Below are positions 1-10,935 of a DNA stretch of 64,000 bases, in pieces. The notes under the pieces were generated by a model. It ran no database searches and was not told where the DNA came from. It worked only from the letters and a program-made list of their open reading frames with translations. The position numbers were made by a program, and so were the translations under genes. The stretch is from an uncultured Planctomycetaceae bacterium (GTDB taxonomy: Bacteria; Planctomycetota; Planctomycetia; Planctomycetales; Planctomycetaceae). Location of the stretch: contig CAWFGE010000022.1 of the NCBI GenBank assembly GCA_963815195.1, forward strand, positions 224,001 to 288,000, written 5' to 3'. Each line of letters begins with the position of its first letter. Within the stretch, counting starts at the first letter, position 1.

Positions 1-468
1 GTCCATGCCGTGGTCCGCCGCCTCGAACGCCGCCGGGTAACCGCCCGGTCCGCCGCCCAAGACCACCAACTTCAGCGGCTTGCCGTTGGAAGGTTTTCCT
101 CCCGCAGGCTTGGCCGGCTGGGTTTCCTGTTGTTTAGCGGGCTGCGGTTTCGGTTTTTCCTCGGCTTGTTGTTTCTCCTTGGCCTGGGGCGGATTTTGTT
201 GTTGGTGCGGTTTTTCTTCGCCAGCTTCGGAGGTCTCGGTGATCGTCAACAGCACCTGGCCGATCTCCACCGTATCGCCGGGCGAGACGTGAATCTTCTC
301 CACGCGGCCGGCGTGCGGGCAGGGCAATTCCACGACGGCCTTTTCCGTCTCCAATTCCATCACGTTCTGGCCCTTCGTGATGGTATCGCCCTCGGAAACC
401 AGGACCTCCGCCACATCCGCGGATTCCACGCCTTCGGAAACTTCCGGCAGTTTGAACTCGATAGACAT
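1..468 (-). CDS. lpdA: Dihydrolipoamide dehydrogenase (E3) with N-terminal lipoyl domain, 5' part only (runs off the window)
   Basis: Not in the ORF track. Manual translation from ATG at 468 gives [31 protein letters not shown] (lipoyl domain), a Q/K/P linker, then LVVLGGGPGGYPAAFEAAD (FAD-binding motif). Lies downstream of aceE and aceF. Confidence 0.9.
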   Translation of the reverse strand, partial: MSIEFKLPEVSEGVESADVAEVLVSEGDTITKGQNVMELETEKAVVELPCPHAGRVEKIHVSPGDTVEIGQVLLTITETSEAGEEKPHQQQNPPQAKEKQQAEEKPKPQPAKQQETQPAKPAGGKPSNGKPLKLVVLGGGPGGYPAAFEAADHGMD

Positions 469-605
469 CAATTAGAAACTCTGATCTGAAGTAGAATCAT
501 GACGAAACCAGTCCCACCGTTCCGCTTTCCCGGGAAAGGGCCATCTCGGAAACACGTAAAAAAAAAGAGGCCGTTTCCTTCAACAACTTTATTTGTACAG
601 ATTCT

Positions 606-729
606 TACGCCGAAGGCGTTGTACAATTCTGTCTAACGCCTTCGGCGTATTGTCTTGGTAAACCTCATTCACCCAGAGTGCGCTACGCGACTCTGGGCTT
701 TGGAATGTAACCGCTTCGCGGTAAAAACC
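606..729. repeat. REP-like palindromic cluster, TACGCCGAAGGCGTT family
   Basis: tacgccgaaggcgtt (606-620) pairs with aacgccttcggcgta (635-649). A second hairpin cccagagt..actctggg and a cttcgcggtaaaaacc tail follow. The same motifs recur at 6221-6345. Confidence 0.75.
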
Positions 730-953
730 AAAGCGATTCGCGTTTCCGGCTTTCGTGTGAGCCTTAAGGCGACCGGCGGGGTGGCTGGGGCGCAAAGAAA
801 TGTTCCAAGGAAATAGGAAATTGCGAGGCCTGGGGCCGTGTGAGATTTTTTTCGCCCGGCCACAGCCCCAGCATATGTAATTCAAGCCTTATTCAAAGGG
901 GGATTTGCGCCCCAGCCACCCAAACGCTTACAGTTTGAGAACTTTATTAACTG

Positions 954-1106
954 TTACGGCTCTGGAATGCCGAGATCACGGCAGATCTTTCGTGCGAGGG
1001 GATCGGGAATCTCGGTGTGCCGGGGAACAGCGGAGCGGCGGTTATTGTCCGGATTGCCCCACCATGAATGCCGTCGGCCTTCCCGGACCAAGAGGCAGCC
1101 ATGCTG
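954..1106 (-). pseudogene. hicA: HicA-family toxin lacking its N-terminus
   Basis: QHGCLLVREGRRHSWWGNPDNNRRSAVPRHTEIPDPLARKICRDLGIPEP matches the HicA pattern (G-x-x-H, VPRH..EI, ICRDLGI). It has no start codon of its own. Confidence 0.75.
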
Positions 1107-1251
1107 CCAAGGCGTCACGGAGGTTCTCCACGTGCCAATTCCTCCGCTCCGGGCAGTTCTGGCCTTGAGAGTTGACGCCGGGGACTTCTTCGACCCAACC
1201 GATCCACCATTCGCCGTGCTGCTGCACAACAGCCGTATAAGTCGCCGCCAT
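1107..1251 (-). pseudogene. hicB: HicB-family antitoxin, degenerate and truncated
   Basis: MAATYTAVVQQHGEWWIGWVEEVPGVNSQG is a typical HicB N-terminus. The EEL codons are out of frame and the C-terminus is missing. Confidence 0.75.
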
Positions 1252-1296
1252 GAAAACACTCCAAAAGAATTGAACGTTCTTACCTTAGCAAACGCT

Positions 1297-2689
1297 TTAG
1301 CACTCCACCAACAGGGCCATGAAGTCCGACAGGGCGTGCGACAGGCGGACGATGAACCGGGCGGCGTCGGCACCGTTGATCACGCGGTGATCGTACGACA
1401 GCGACAACGGCAACTTCAGCCGTTCCACGGGCTGGCCGTCTTTGAGTTCCAATTGCTTGATGCTCCGCGACATGCCGAGGATGGCGACTTCGGGGTGGTT
1501 GATGATCGGCGTGAACGCCGTGCCCCCGATGCCGCCTAAGTTCGTGATCGTAAACGTCCCGCCTTGCATGTCGTTCATGCTGAGCTTGCGGTCGCGGGCC
1601 GACTGGGCGATCGCGGTGATTTCGTCGGCGATTTCCAGAATGCTCTTCTGATCGCAATCGCGAATCACGGGAACGACCAGCCCGTATTCCGTGTCCACCG
1701 CGACGCCGATGTGGTAATACTTTTTCAAAATCAATTCGCTCGTGCCGGCGTCGAAGCTCGCATTGACGTGCGGGAACATCTTCAAGGGGGCGATCAAAGC
1801 TTTAACGAGGATCGCGGTCATCGTGATCTTGGGGCCGTTCTTGCCGACGCCCTGCATGTAGGCTTTGCGGGCGGCCTCGATTTCCGTCACATCCGCCAGG
1901 TCGTGCTGGGTGACGTGCGGGATCGTCCGCCAGGCAAGGCTCAACTGGTTGGCGGCGGTGCGGGCGAGCTTATTCAGCGGCTGCCTTTGGATCGGGCCGA
2001 ACTTCTCGAAGCTCGGCAGGCTGGGCAGTTCCGCCATCGGAGGCGCTCACGTCCTGTGTCTTGGGGACCGAGCTTTTCGAGCGAACGTAGGCTTTGACAT
2101 CGTCCTGCGTGATCCGCCCGCCGGCTCCGCTGCCTTGGACGCGGGTCAGATCGACGTTGAGTTCCCGCGCCAACCGCCTCGTCGAAGGAGCCGCCGGGGG
2201 CGGCGGTACGATTTGCTCTTCCCGCCAAACCAGAGCCCTCGTGGCCTCGGTGGCGACGGCCGGGTCGTGATCGCCGTGCTCTTCCAGCCCCTTCGCCATG
2301 TCCGGCCAACCGGCTCGCTCCATCGCCGGCTCTCGCTCGGCCTGGGAAGTCGCTTCGGCCTTTTCCGGTTCCTTGTCCGTTTTACGAGGTTGTTCTCGTT
2401 TCTCTCCGCCGTCTTGCTTTGGTGACGGCGATTCTTTTTTCTCGGCCGGTTCGCTGGCTTCGATGCTGAGCAGCACCGCCCCCACATCGACGGAGTCCCC
2501 TTCCGAAACGTGGATCTTGGTGATCTTGCCCGCGTGCGGGCAGGGCAGTTCCACGACGGCTTTCTCGGTTTCGACCTCCATGACGATTTGATCCGCCTCG
2601 ATCACGTCGCCTTCGGACACCAGAATCTCCGCAATGTCCGCCGACTCGACGCCTTCAGAGACTTCCGGAAGTTTGAACTCGATCGCCAT
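1297..2689 (-). CDS. aceF: Dihydrolipoamide acetyltransferase (E2), frameshift near 2040
   Basis: The lipoyl domain ([12 protein letters not shown]) and E3-binding domain ([18 protein letters not shown]) are in ORF 1970..2782. The catalytic domain ([20 protein letters not shown]) is in ORF 1297..2037. Confidence 0.92.
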
Positions 2690-2759
2690 TCGTGCTTTCC
2701 AATCGGTCAATAACGAGTGCCAGAATAGGTCAAGGGGTCTTATTGGGACTGGCGTCTTT

Positions 2760-3023
2760 TCAAACCAGGTCGAGCAGTTCAACGCCGTTTTTCAGGACGC
2801 GGACTTTTCCATCTCCGGGCCAAATCGAAATCACCGGATTCCCACCTTCCAACTCGCCGACTTCGATCGTCACCGGTGTTGTTTCAAACGAATCACACAC
2901 CGTGACCTCGTCGCCGGACGCCAATTCAAATTCGACAGCTTCCGGTTCAATATTGAGGACCAATGAGGTCCGCATTTCATTTTTCAACAATACGCGGCTT
3001 TCGTTTGGCATCGGTCTTCCCAT
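2760..3023 (-). CDS. Small acidic hypothetical protein, candidate immunity protein
   Basis: About 87 aa ([26 protein letters not shown]). Its ATG lies 1 nt after the stop of the upstream 96-aa ORF. Confidence 0.6.
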   Translation of the reverse strand: MGRPMPNESRVLLKNEMRTSLVLNIEPEAVEFELASGDEVTVCDSFETTPVTIEVGELEGGNPVISIWPGDGKVRVLKNGVELLDLV

Positions 3024-3024
3024 C

Positions 3025-3315
3025 TCAATCAAAAAACTTGGCGGCCAACTCCCGCAACTGCTTCGCGCGTCCAGCGGCACTGGGATTACTTGGCGTAATT
3101 CTCTTTATCTCATCATACGCTTCGGCAACATCCAACAGCGAGTCCTTCGTCCATCCCTGCGCGATAAGCTCGTCCTTAGTAAAATCGTCCGTGCCTTTCG
3201 TCACGTGTCTTGGCTTCCACCCGAAGAACTCGCCCGTTTCTTTGAGATTGGAATTCCCCGTCGCCTTCTTGATGCGTCCCTGCAAATCAACGTCCTTAAT
3301 TGTTTTCGGGATCAT
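3025..3315 (-). CDS. 96-aa protein resembling a polymorphic-toxin C-terminal domain (DUF4951-like)
   Basis: MIPKTIKDV..FFGW..FTKDELIAQGWTKDSLLDVAEAYDEIKRITPSNPSAAGRAKQLRELA. The NPSAAGRA ending recalls DUF4951-type domains, from memory only. Confidence 0.55.
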   Translation of the reverse strand: MIPKTIKDVDLQGRIKKATGNSNLKETGEFFGWKPRHVTKGTDDFTKDELIAQGWTKDSLLDVAEAYDEIKRITPSNPSAAGRAKQLRELAAKFFD

Positions 3316-3391
3316 TGTCTTGAGGCGAATGTCCTTCCTATTTCGGAAAAACGGGTTTTCAGGGCGGACGAATCTTTTGACCTTTGTCTTC

Positions 3392-6084
3392 TCAAGCGGT
3401 CGCCGGGTCCACTTGGTCGGGGTCGATGTCCAATTCGTTAAGGACCTCCGGCAGGCGGGATTTGTCGAATTGGCCTTGCCGGGCGAGGGCTTCGAGCGCG
3501 GCATAGGTGACGTGGGACGCATCGATCTCGAAATGCCGCCGGAGCGCTTCGCGAGTGTCGCTGCGGCCGAAGCCGTCCGTGCCCAGCGTCGTATACGGGC
3601 CGGGCAAAAATGGCCGGATTTGATCGGCCACCAGCCGGACGTTGTCGCTGGATGCGACAAACGGGCCCTCTTGCCCCGCGAAGAGTTCCTCGAGGTACGA
3701 CTTCTTCGGCTCTTCGCCGGGATGCAACCGGTTCCAGCGGGCCGCGGCCTGGGCGCCCGGCAGAGTTCGGTGTAGCTGGTCACGCTCCACAAATCGCTGG
3801 AGATGCCGTATTTGTCCGCGAGGATCGTTTGGGCCTTTTCGACCTCGCGGAGAATCGTCCCGCTGCCAAAAAGCTGCGGCCGAAGCTTTTGCTCGCCGTT
3901 GCCGCTATCGCTGCTTTTGAGCTTGTACATGCCTTGGAGAATGCCTCGCTGCACGTCGCCGTTTTCCGGGATCTTGGGCTGGGGATAGGTTTCGTTATAG
4001 ACCGTGATGTAATAAAAGATCTCCTCGCCCTCGGCGTACATCCGCCGCAGGCCGTCCTGGATAATCACCGCCAGCTCGTAAGCGTAAGCGGGATCGTAAG
4101 ACGCGAGGTTGGGCACCGTGGTGGCGATGAGATGGCTGTGCCCGTCTTCGTGCTGGAGACCTTCGCCGTTGAGCGTCGTCCGCCCCGCGGTCCCGCCGAT
4201 GAGGAAGCCTTTCGTGCGCGAGTCGGCGGCGAGCCAGATCAAATCGCCCACCCGCTGAAAGCCGAACATCGAATAGTAGATGTAAAACGGCACCATGTTG
4301 ATGCCCAGGTTGGAATACGCCGTGCCCGCCGCGATGAACGACGAAATCGCCCCGGCTTCGTTAATGCCCTCTTCCAGCACCTGGCCGTCTTTGGCTTCTT
4401 TGTAATACATCAAGGTCCCGGCATCGACGGGTTCGTAAAGCTGCCCCTTGCTGGCATAGATGCCGGCCATCGAGAACAGGCCCTCCATCCCGAACGTGCG
4501 GGCTTCGTCGGGGATGATCGGCACAATCCGCTTGCCGATGTTCTTGTCCTTCAAAAGCCCCATAATCAAGCTGCTGAATGCCTGCGTGGTCGCGGCTTCC
4601 TTGTCGCCGCTGCCTTCGAGCTGCCTTTTGAACTTCTCGATCGGCGGCACGTCCAGGCGTTCGTCCGTCGGCTTCCGCGCGGGAAGAGAGCCGCCTAAGA
4701 CTTCCCGGCGGGCGTTGAGATACTTCATCTCGTCGCTGTCTTCCGGCGGGCGGTAAAACGGGGCTTTTCCCACCTGGTCGTCGCCGATGGGAATCGCAAA
4801 CCGCGAGCGGAAGTTCCGCAGCTCATCGTCGGCGAGCTTCTTTTCGTTGTGCGTCGTATTCCGGCCTTCGCCGGCTTCGCCCAGGCCGTAGCCTTTGATG
4901 GTCTTCGCGAGAATCACCGTCGGCCCGCCGTGATGATCGACCGCCGCCTTGAACGCCGCGTAAACTTTTTCGGGATCGTGCCCGCCGCGGCGCAGCTTGT
5001 TGAGCTTTTCGTCCGAGAGATGGGCGACCATTTCCTGGAGGTCTTCCGAGACGCCGAAGAAATGCTTGCGGATATAATCGCCGGATTCCACGGAGTATTT
5101 TTGATACTGCCCGTCCACGATCTCGCCCATGCGTTTGACGAGATGGCCTTCGTGATCTTCCGCCAGAAGCTGATCCCAGTCGTTGCCCCAGATGACCTTG
5201 ATGCAGTTCCAGCCGGCCCCGCGGAACGCGGCTTCGAGTTCCTGGATGATTTTTCCGTTCCCGCGGACCGGGCCGTCGAGCCGCTGGAGGTTGCAGTTGA
5301 TGACGAAGATCAAATTGTCCAGCCGTTCCCGCGAAGCGAGCGTAATCGCCCCCAACGTTTCCGGCTCGTCGCATTCGCCGTCGCCGACGAAGCACCACAC
5401 GTGCGATTGGCTCGTGTCGAGCAGGCCGCGGTGCTCGAGATACCTTAAAAACCGGGCGTGATAAATCGCCGTGATCGGCCCCAAGCCCATCGACACGGTG
5501 GGAAACTGCCAGAAGTGGGGCATCAGCCAGGGATGCGGATAGGACGACAGCCCGGTGCCGCGGGGAATCTCCCGGCGGAATTTTTCGAGATGGCTTTCAT
5601 CCAATCGGCCTTCCAAGAACGCGCGGGCGTACATTCCCGGAGCGGCGTGGCCTTGGAAATACACCATGTCTCCCGTGTGCTCTTTCGTCCGCGACCGGAA
5701 GAAATGATTGAAGCCCACTTCGTAAAGCGTCGCCGAGGACGCGAACGTCGAAATGTGCCCGCCCAGGCCCGAAAAATGTTTGTTGGCCCGGTGCACCATC
5801 GCCATCGCGTTCCAGCGGATCAGGCTTTTGATCCGGCGTTCGATTTCCAAGTCGCCCGGGTAGCGCGGCTGCTTATCGAGGGGAATCGTATTGATATAAG
5901 GCGTATTGGCCGTGAACGGCGTCGTCACTCCGCGGTGATAAGCCCGCTCCTGCAGGACCACCAACAGCTCCTGGAGCTGCTTGGGGCCGTAGCGGTGCAG
6001 CACATCGTCCAGGGAATCGAACCACTCTTCCATCTCGTCGGGGTCGATCCCCGTCACGGCCAGGTCTTTGATTTGGTCAAGCAT
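3392..6084 (-). CDS. aceE: Pyruvate dehydrogenase E1, homodimeric type, frameshift near 3755
   Basis: Motifs GLSSYPHPWLMP, QFPTVSMGLGP, GDGECDEPE and GEGLQHEDGHS. The true C-terminus (TLGTDGFGRSDTREALRRHFEID) is in ORF 3392..3790. Alternative start at 6105. Confidence 0.93.
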
Positions 6085-6128
6085 CGTTCTTCGCTCGCAA
6101 TCCATGATACAAACGACGAAAATTCGTA

Positions 6129-6174
6129 GTTCCTGCGTTACTTACGATTTTGTTCCTGCGTTACTTATGATTTT
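6129..6174. repeat. 23-bp tandem direct repeat upstream of aceE
   Basis: gttcctgcgttacttacgatttt is followed directly by gttcctgcgttacttatgatttt (one mismatch). Confidence 0.85.
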
Positions 6175-6220
6175 GAATGTGAAATGCCTTCAGTCATTGT
6201 CTCAGCCCTTGTTAATGTCT

Positions 6221-6345
6221 TTACGCCGAAGGCGTTACATCCCAAAGCCCAGGGTCAGCGGCGCAGCCGCGCCACCCTGGGTTTCGATCCGAAAAACATT
6301 CCGTTACGCCGAAGGCGTTATACAAAACCTTCGCGGTAAAAACCG
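6221..6345. repeat. REP-like cluster, same family as 606-729
   Basis: Two ttacgccgaaggcgtta copies flank a cccagggt..accctggg hairpin, and the element ends with cttcgcggtaaaaacc. Confidence 0.75.
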
Positions 6346-6489
6346 TATTTCCTGAGTTCTCCAGCGGAAGGATGGCAGAAGCGCCCAGGCGTTGCAAGGC
6401 TCGCCGAGCGCTTGTCGGCGGTTTCAACGGCAGCAGAGGCTCCTCCGGAAACGTTCATCAGATTTTCACGGAGGCTAGCTGCAAAATTC

Positions 6490-6516
6490 ATTAGCCGCAG
6501 GCGGCTAGCCCCGGTT
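6490..6516. repeat. REP-like element, ATTAGCCGCAGG..GCTAGCCCCGGTT family
   Basis: Near-identical copies at 20267-20294 and 49515-49541. Confidence 0.75.
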
Positions 6517-6586
6517 CCAAGTGACAATCGGACGCGATCGCGTTGCGGCTGATGATCCGACAGATTCTTTTCGAATGGTGCTCACA

Positions 6587-7831
6587 TCACATCAGCTCGG
6601 CCAAAGCCTCAAGCAAGCGGTCCACTTCCTCTTCGGAATTGTAGTGCAAAAGGCCGATTCGCAAAGTGCCGGCGGGTTCCAGGCCCATCGCTTCGGTAAA
6701 CGGCAGGGCGTAATGATTGCCCGCCCAGCAAAACAGGCCCCGCTCGCCGAGCTTTTCCGCCAACTCCAGCGGGGTCTTGGTCTTATGAGTGACGGACACC
6801 GTCGGCACCCGCTCCGCCAGCCGATTTGGATCGGAAATCCCCCAGATTCGCAGTTGCGGCAAGGCTTTTAGCCCCGCCAACAGTTTTTCGCACAAAACGT
6901 CCTCATGTGCGCGGATTTGCTGATAACATTCAATCAACGCGTCCCGCCGAGCTATTTTTGTTTTGCCACGGTCTCCCGGCAAATCAGCGAGATATTCGAT
7001 CGCCTCCCGCAGTCCCGCAATGCCTTCGTGGTTTTGGGTGCCGGTCATCCATTTGCCCGGCAGCGAATCGGGAGCTGGCCGAAGCTTATAGGCGGGGAGA
7101 TTCTCCAAACGGTCTCGCTTGCCGTACATTAAGCCCACGTGCGGGCCGAAGAATTTATATGCCGACGCCGCCAAAAAATCGCAATCCAACCGCGACACGT
7201 CGATCAAGCGATGCGGCGCAAAATGCACGGCGTCCACGAACACCTCCGCCCCCGCGGCATGGGCTTCGGAAATCATCTCCGCAATGGGGTTGACCGTTCC
7301 GGTGGCGTTGGAAGCATAACCCACGGCCACTAAACGGGTTCGGCTCGACAACTTCGAGCGGAAATCCTCCCAATCCAGCGTGCAGTCTTCCGGGCGCACT
7401 CGCACGTGCCGAACCAAAGCCCCGGCATCTTTTGCGGCCAAAACCCAGGGCGTGACATTGGCATCGTGATCCAATTGGGTGACGATGACCTCGTCGCCCG
7501 GTTTCCAAGTCCGCCCCAAAGCCCGGCTGAGGGCGAAGGTCAATGTCGTCATATTGGGGCCGAAACTGACGCAACCGGGATCGTCCGTTCCCACGAAATC
7601 GGCCCCGGCTTGGTGGGCTTCCTCAAGCAGGGCATCGCTTTCCCGGCTCGTGGCGAACGGGCCCTCGTGGTTCGCATTTGTGGTGAGCAAATACCGCGAA
7701 ACGGCCTCGGCGACTCGGGCCGGCACCTGGCTTCCCGCCGGCCCATCGAAATATGCCACCCGCTCGCCGTTTTGTTTTCGCTGAAACGCCGGGAATTGTG
7801 AGCGAATCGACTCGAGATCCCAATCCGCCAT
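6587..7831 (-). CDS. Cysteine desulfurase-like PLP enzyme (class V aminotransferase, VC1184-like subfamily)
   Basis: Motifs YFDGPAGSQVP, LDHDANVTPW, VDAVHFAPH, SAYKFFGPH (PLP lysine) and TGTQNHEG. Confidence 0.88.
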   Translation of the reverse strand: MADWDLESIRSQFPAFQRKQNGERVAYFDGPAGSQVPARVAEAVSRYLLTTNANHEGPFATSRESDALLEEAHQAGADFVGTDDPGCVSFGPNMTTLTFALSRALGRTWKPGDEVIVTQLDHDANVTPWVLAAKDAGALVRHVRVRPEDCTLDWEDFRSKLSSRTRLVAVGYASNATGTVNPIAEMISEAHAAGAEVFVDAVHFAPHRLIDVSRLDCDFLAASAYKFFGPHVGLMYGKRDRLENLPAYKLRPAPDSLPGKWMTGTQNHEGIAGLREAIEYLADLPGDRGKTKIARRDALIECYQQIRAHEDVLCEKLLAGLKALPQLRIWGISDPNRLAERVPTVSVTHKTKTPLELAEKLGERGLFCWAGNHYALPFTEAMGLEPAGTLRIGLLHYNSEEEVDRLLEALAELM

Positions 7832-7848
7832 CCTTTGGGTCCTTTCAA

Positions 7849-7878
7849 CAAAAAACACCGCAGGGAAGTCCCGCGGTG
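7849..7878 (-). terminator. Likely intrinsic terminator after rplU
   Basis: On the minus strand, a caccgcggga..ccctgcggtg stem is followed by a T-run. Confidence 0.55.
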
Positions 7879-7883
7879 CTTGA

Positions 7884-7975
7884 AGAGCCGCGCACGAAGT
7901 AAGCGGTTCCGCTTGACCGCTTACTTCGTGCGCGGCTCATAATTGAACCCGGCCGCTTACGCGGCTCGGCTCGCC
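7884..7975. repeat. REP-like long hairpin plus half element
   Basis: gagccgcgcacgaagtaagcggt pairs perfectly with accgcttacttcgtgcgcggctc, followed by ccgcttacgcggctcggctcgcc. Confidence 0.75.
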
Positions 7976-7981
7976 GATAAC

Positions 7982-8395
7982 TTAGGATTCCGCTTGTTCG
8001 CTGCCGGTTTCCGCGGCGGGGGCCTGTGTTTCCTCGGGTTTGGATTCCGGTTCTTGCTGTTCCACGATTTCCAAGCCGGGGACGCTGATGTCTTCGATCT
8101 GGACCGCGGTATATTTCTGGCGGTGGCCGGTGTGCCGGCGGGAGTTTTTGCGTCGGCGGAGTTTTTGGACTTCGAGCTTCGGCCCTTTTTCCTCCGCGTA
8201 AATCACCTTGGCTTGGACGGTGGCCCCGCTGATCGTCGGCTGACCGATCACGCTGCCCGCGCCGCCATTGGCTAACAACACCGCATCAAACGTGATCGCA
8301 TCGCCCACGTTGGCGTCGCTGCGCAAATCCACGGAAAGACGGTCCCCGGGGCTGACCCGGTACTGGCGGCCCCCATCGGCAATGATGGCAAACAT
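7982..8395 (-). CDS. rplU: 50S ribosomal protein L21 with acidic C-terminal tail
   Basis: MFAIIADGGRQYRV..RRRKNSRRHTGHRQKYTAVQI. Confidence 0.95.
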   Translation of the reverse strand: MFAIIADGGRQYRVSPGDRLSVDLRSDANVGDAITFDAVLLANGGAGSVIGQPTISGATVQAKVIYAEEKGPKLEVQKLRRRKNSRRHTGHRQKYTAVQIEDISVPGLEIVEQQEPESKPEETQAPAAETGSEQAES

Positions 8396-8456
8396 CTTCA
8401 AAATCTTTCGTTTTAACCAAGGCTTAAATAGTGTGTTCGTAGCGGCTGCTTGCGTT

Positions 8457-8538
8457 TTGAGCGGCAAGGCGCTAGCCGCCGGCCTTGTAATTTCCAAGTT
8501 TCCGTTGAAAAGGCCGGGGGCTAGCGCCCTTCCGCTCA
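8457..8538. repeat. REP-like doublet, GAGCGGCAAGGCGCTAGC family
   Basis: tgagcggcaaggcgctagccgccgg ... ccgggggctagcgcccttccgctca. Second copy at 58493-58560. Confidence 0.78.
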
Positions 8539-8599
8539 CGTTGATTACGCGTGGGTCCCGCTTTGGGGAAAGGAAAAGTGTATCGCCTGCGGGAGGGAA

Positions 8600-10178
<1,579 letters not shown>

Positions 10179-10769
10179 GTTCGGAAAACACCTTTCGCCG
10201 CGAATCGAATCGCGAAAAACGACCGGTGCGCCGAACCCCGACAAACGGGCCGCTGCTCCGCATCAATGCCAGTTCCTGACGCTGCCAAAGCGTTGTGTTC
10301 CGGGACGATTGATCGATCAAATCACTCCGGTGAAGCTTCGTTGGGCAGGGGGAGATGGGGTGGTACGAAGATTTGCCTTGGAGGGGTTCGAGATTCGTTT
10401 GTCCGTCCGTTTCGATTGGGGCTGGCTTGGCGGCTTCACTCGGAACCCGGCGGGACATCGGCCCAGGCAACTCGTCTGCCTGCCGGCCGATTTGTGCCAG
10501 CGGTTCCTGCAAAGACCCAAGGGCCGAGGGAAGGCTGGAGACGCCGCAAGTGGAGCGCAAAGCGGAGGATAACGGCTGGCCGCCGGTCCGGCTTGTCTTG
10601 CGAACGGTCGTTGCCTGGGGGCTCATGTCGAAGATGCGCCCCCGCCCTGAGATGGCCAATTCATTCCAAAACGATCCGACAATGACGAAAAACGAATACG
10701 CACCAAAATCTAAACCAAATGTTTGCTTGTAAGAATCATCAGAGTTTCCGCAGATCCTAACTGGATTTA

Positions 10770-10830
10770 TTAGCCCGAAGCGCAAGCGAGGGTTGAATTT
10801 AGGAAAACCCTCGCTTGCGCTTCGGGCTGG
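10770..10830. repeat. REP-like hairpin, AGCCCGAAGCGCAAGCGAGGG family
   Basis: agcccgaagcgcaagcgagggtt pairs perfectly with aaccctcgcttgcgcttcgggct. Confidence 0.78.
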
Positions 10831-10935
10831 TGAGGTTTTATGATTGCGGGCTAATGAGGTTGTATCACGAATGTAAGGACTTACGAAATCGACATCAAGG
10901 TTCTCCCCGCCCACTCCACATGCTGAACCAGAGGC

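Noticed and set aside
1..468. Lipoyl domain on E3 as a novelty or a duplicated aceF
   Set aside because: E3 with an N-terminal lipoyl domain is an established architecture in several bacteria.
3025..6105. 1026-aa ORF that looks like AceE fused to a toxin-like domain
   Set aside because: The true AceE C-terminus is in another frame (3392..3790). A one-base loss near 3755 reads through into the separate 96-aa gene.
606..6345. Repeats considered as a CRISPR array or IS ends bracketing the PDH genes
   Set aside because: There is no regular repeat-spacer period, no cas or transposase gene and no target duplication. They fit dispersed REPs.
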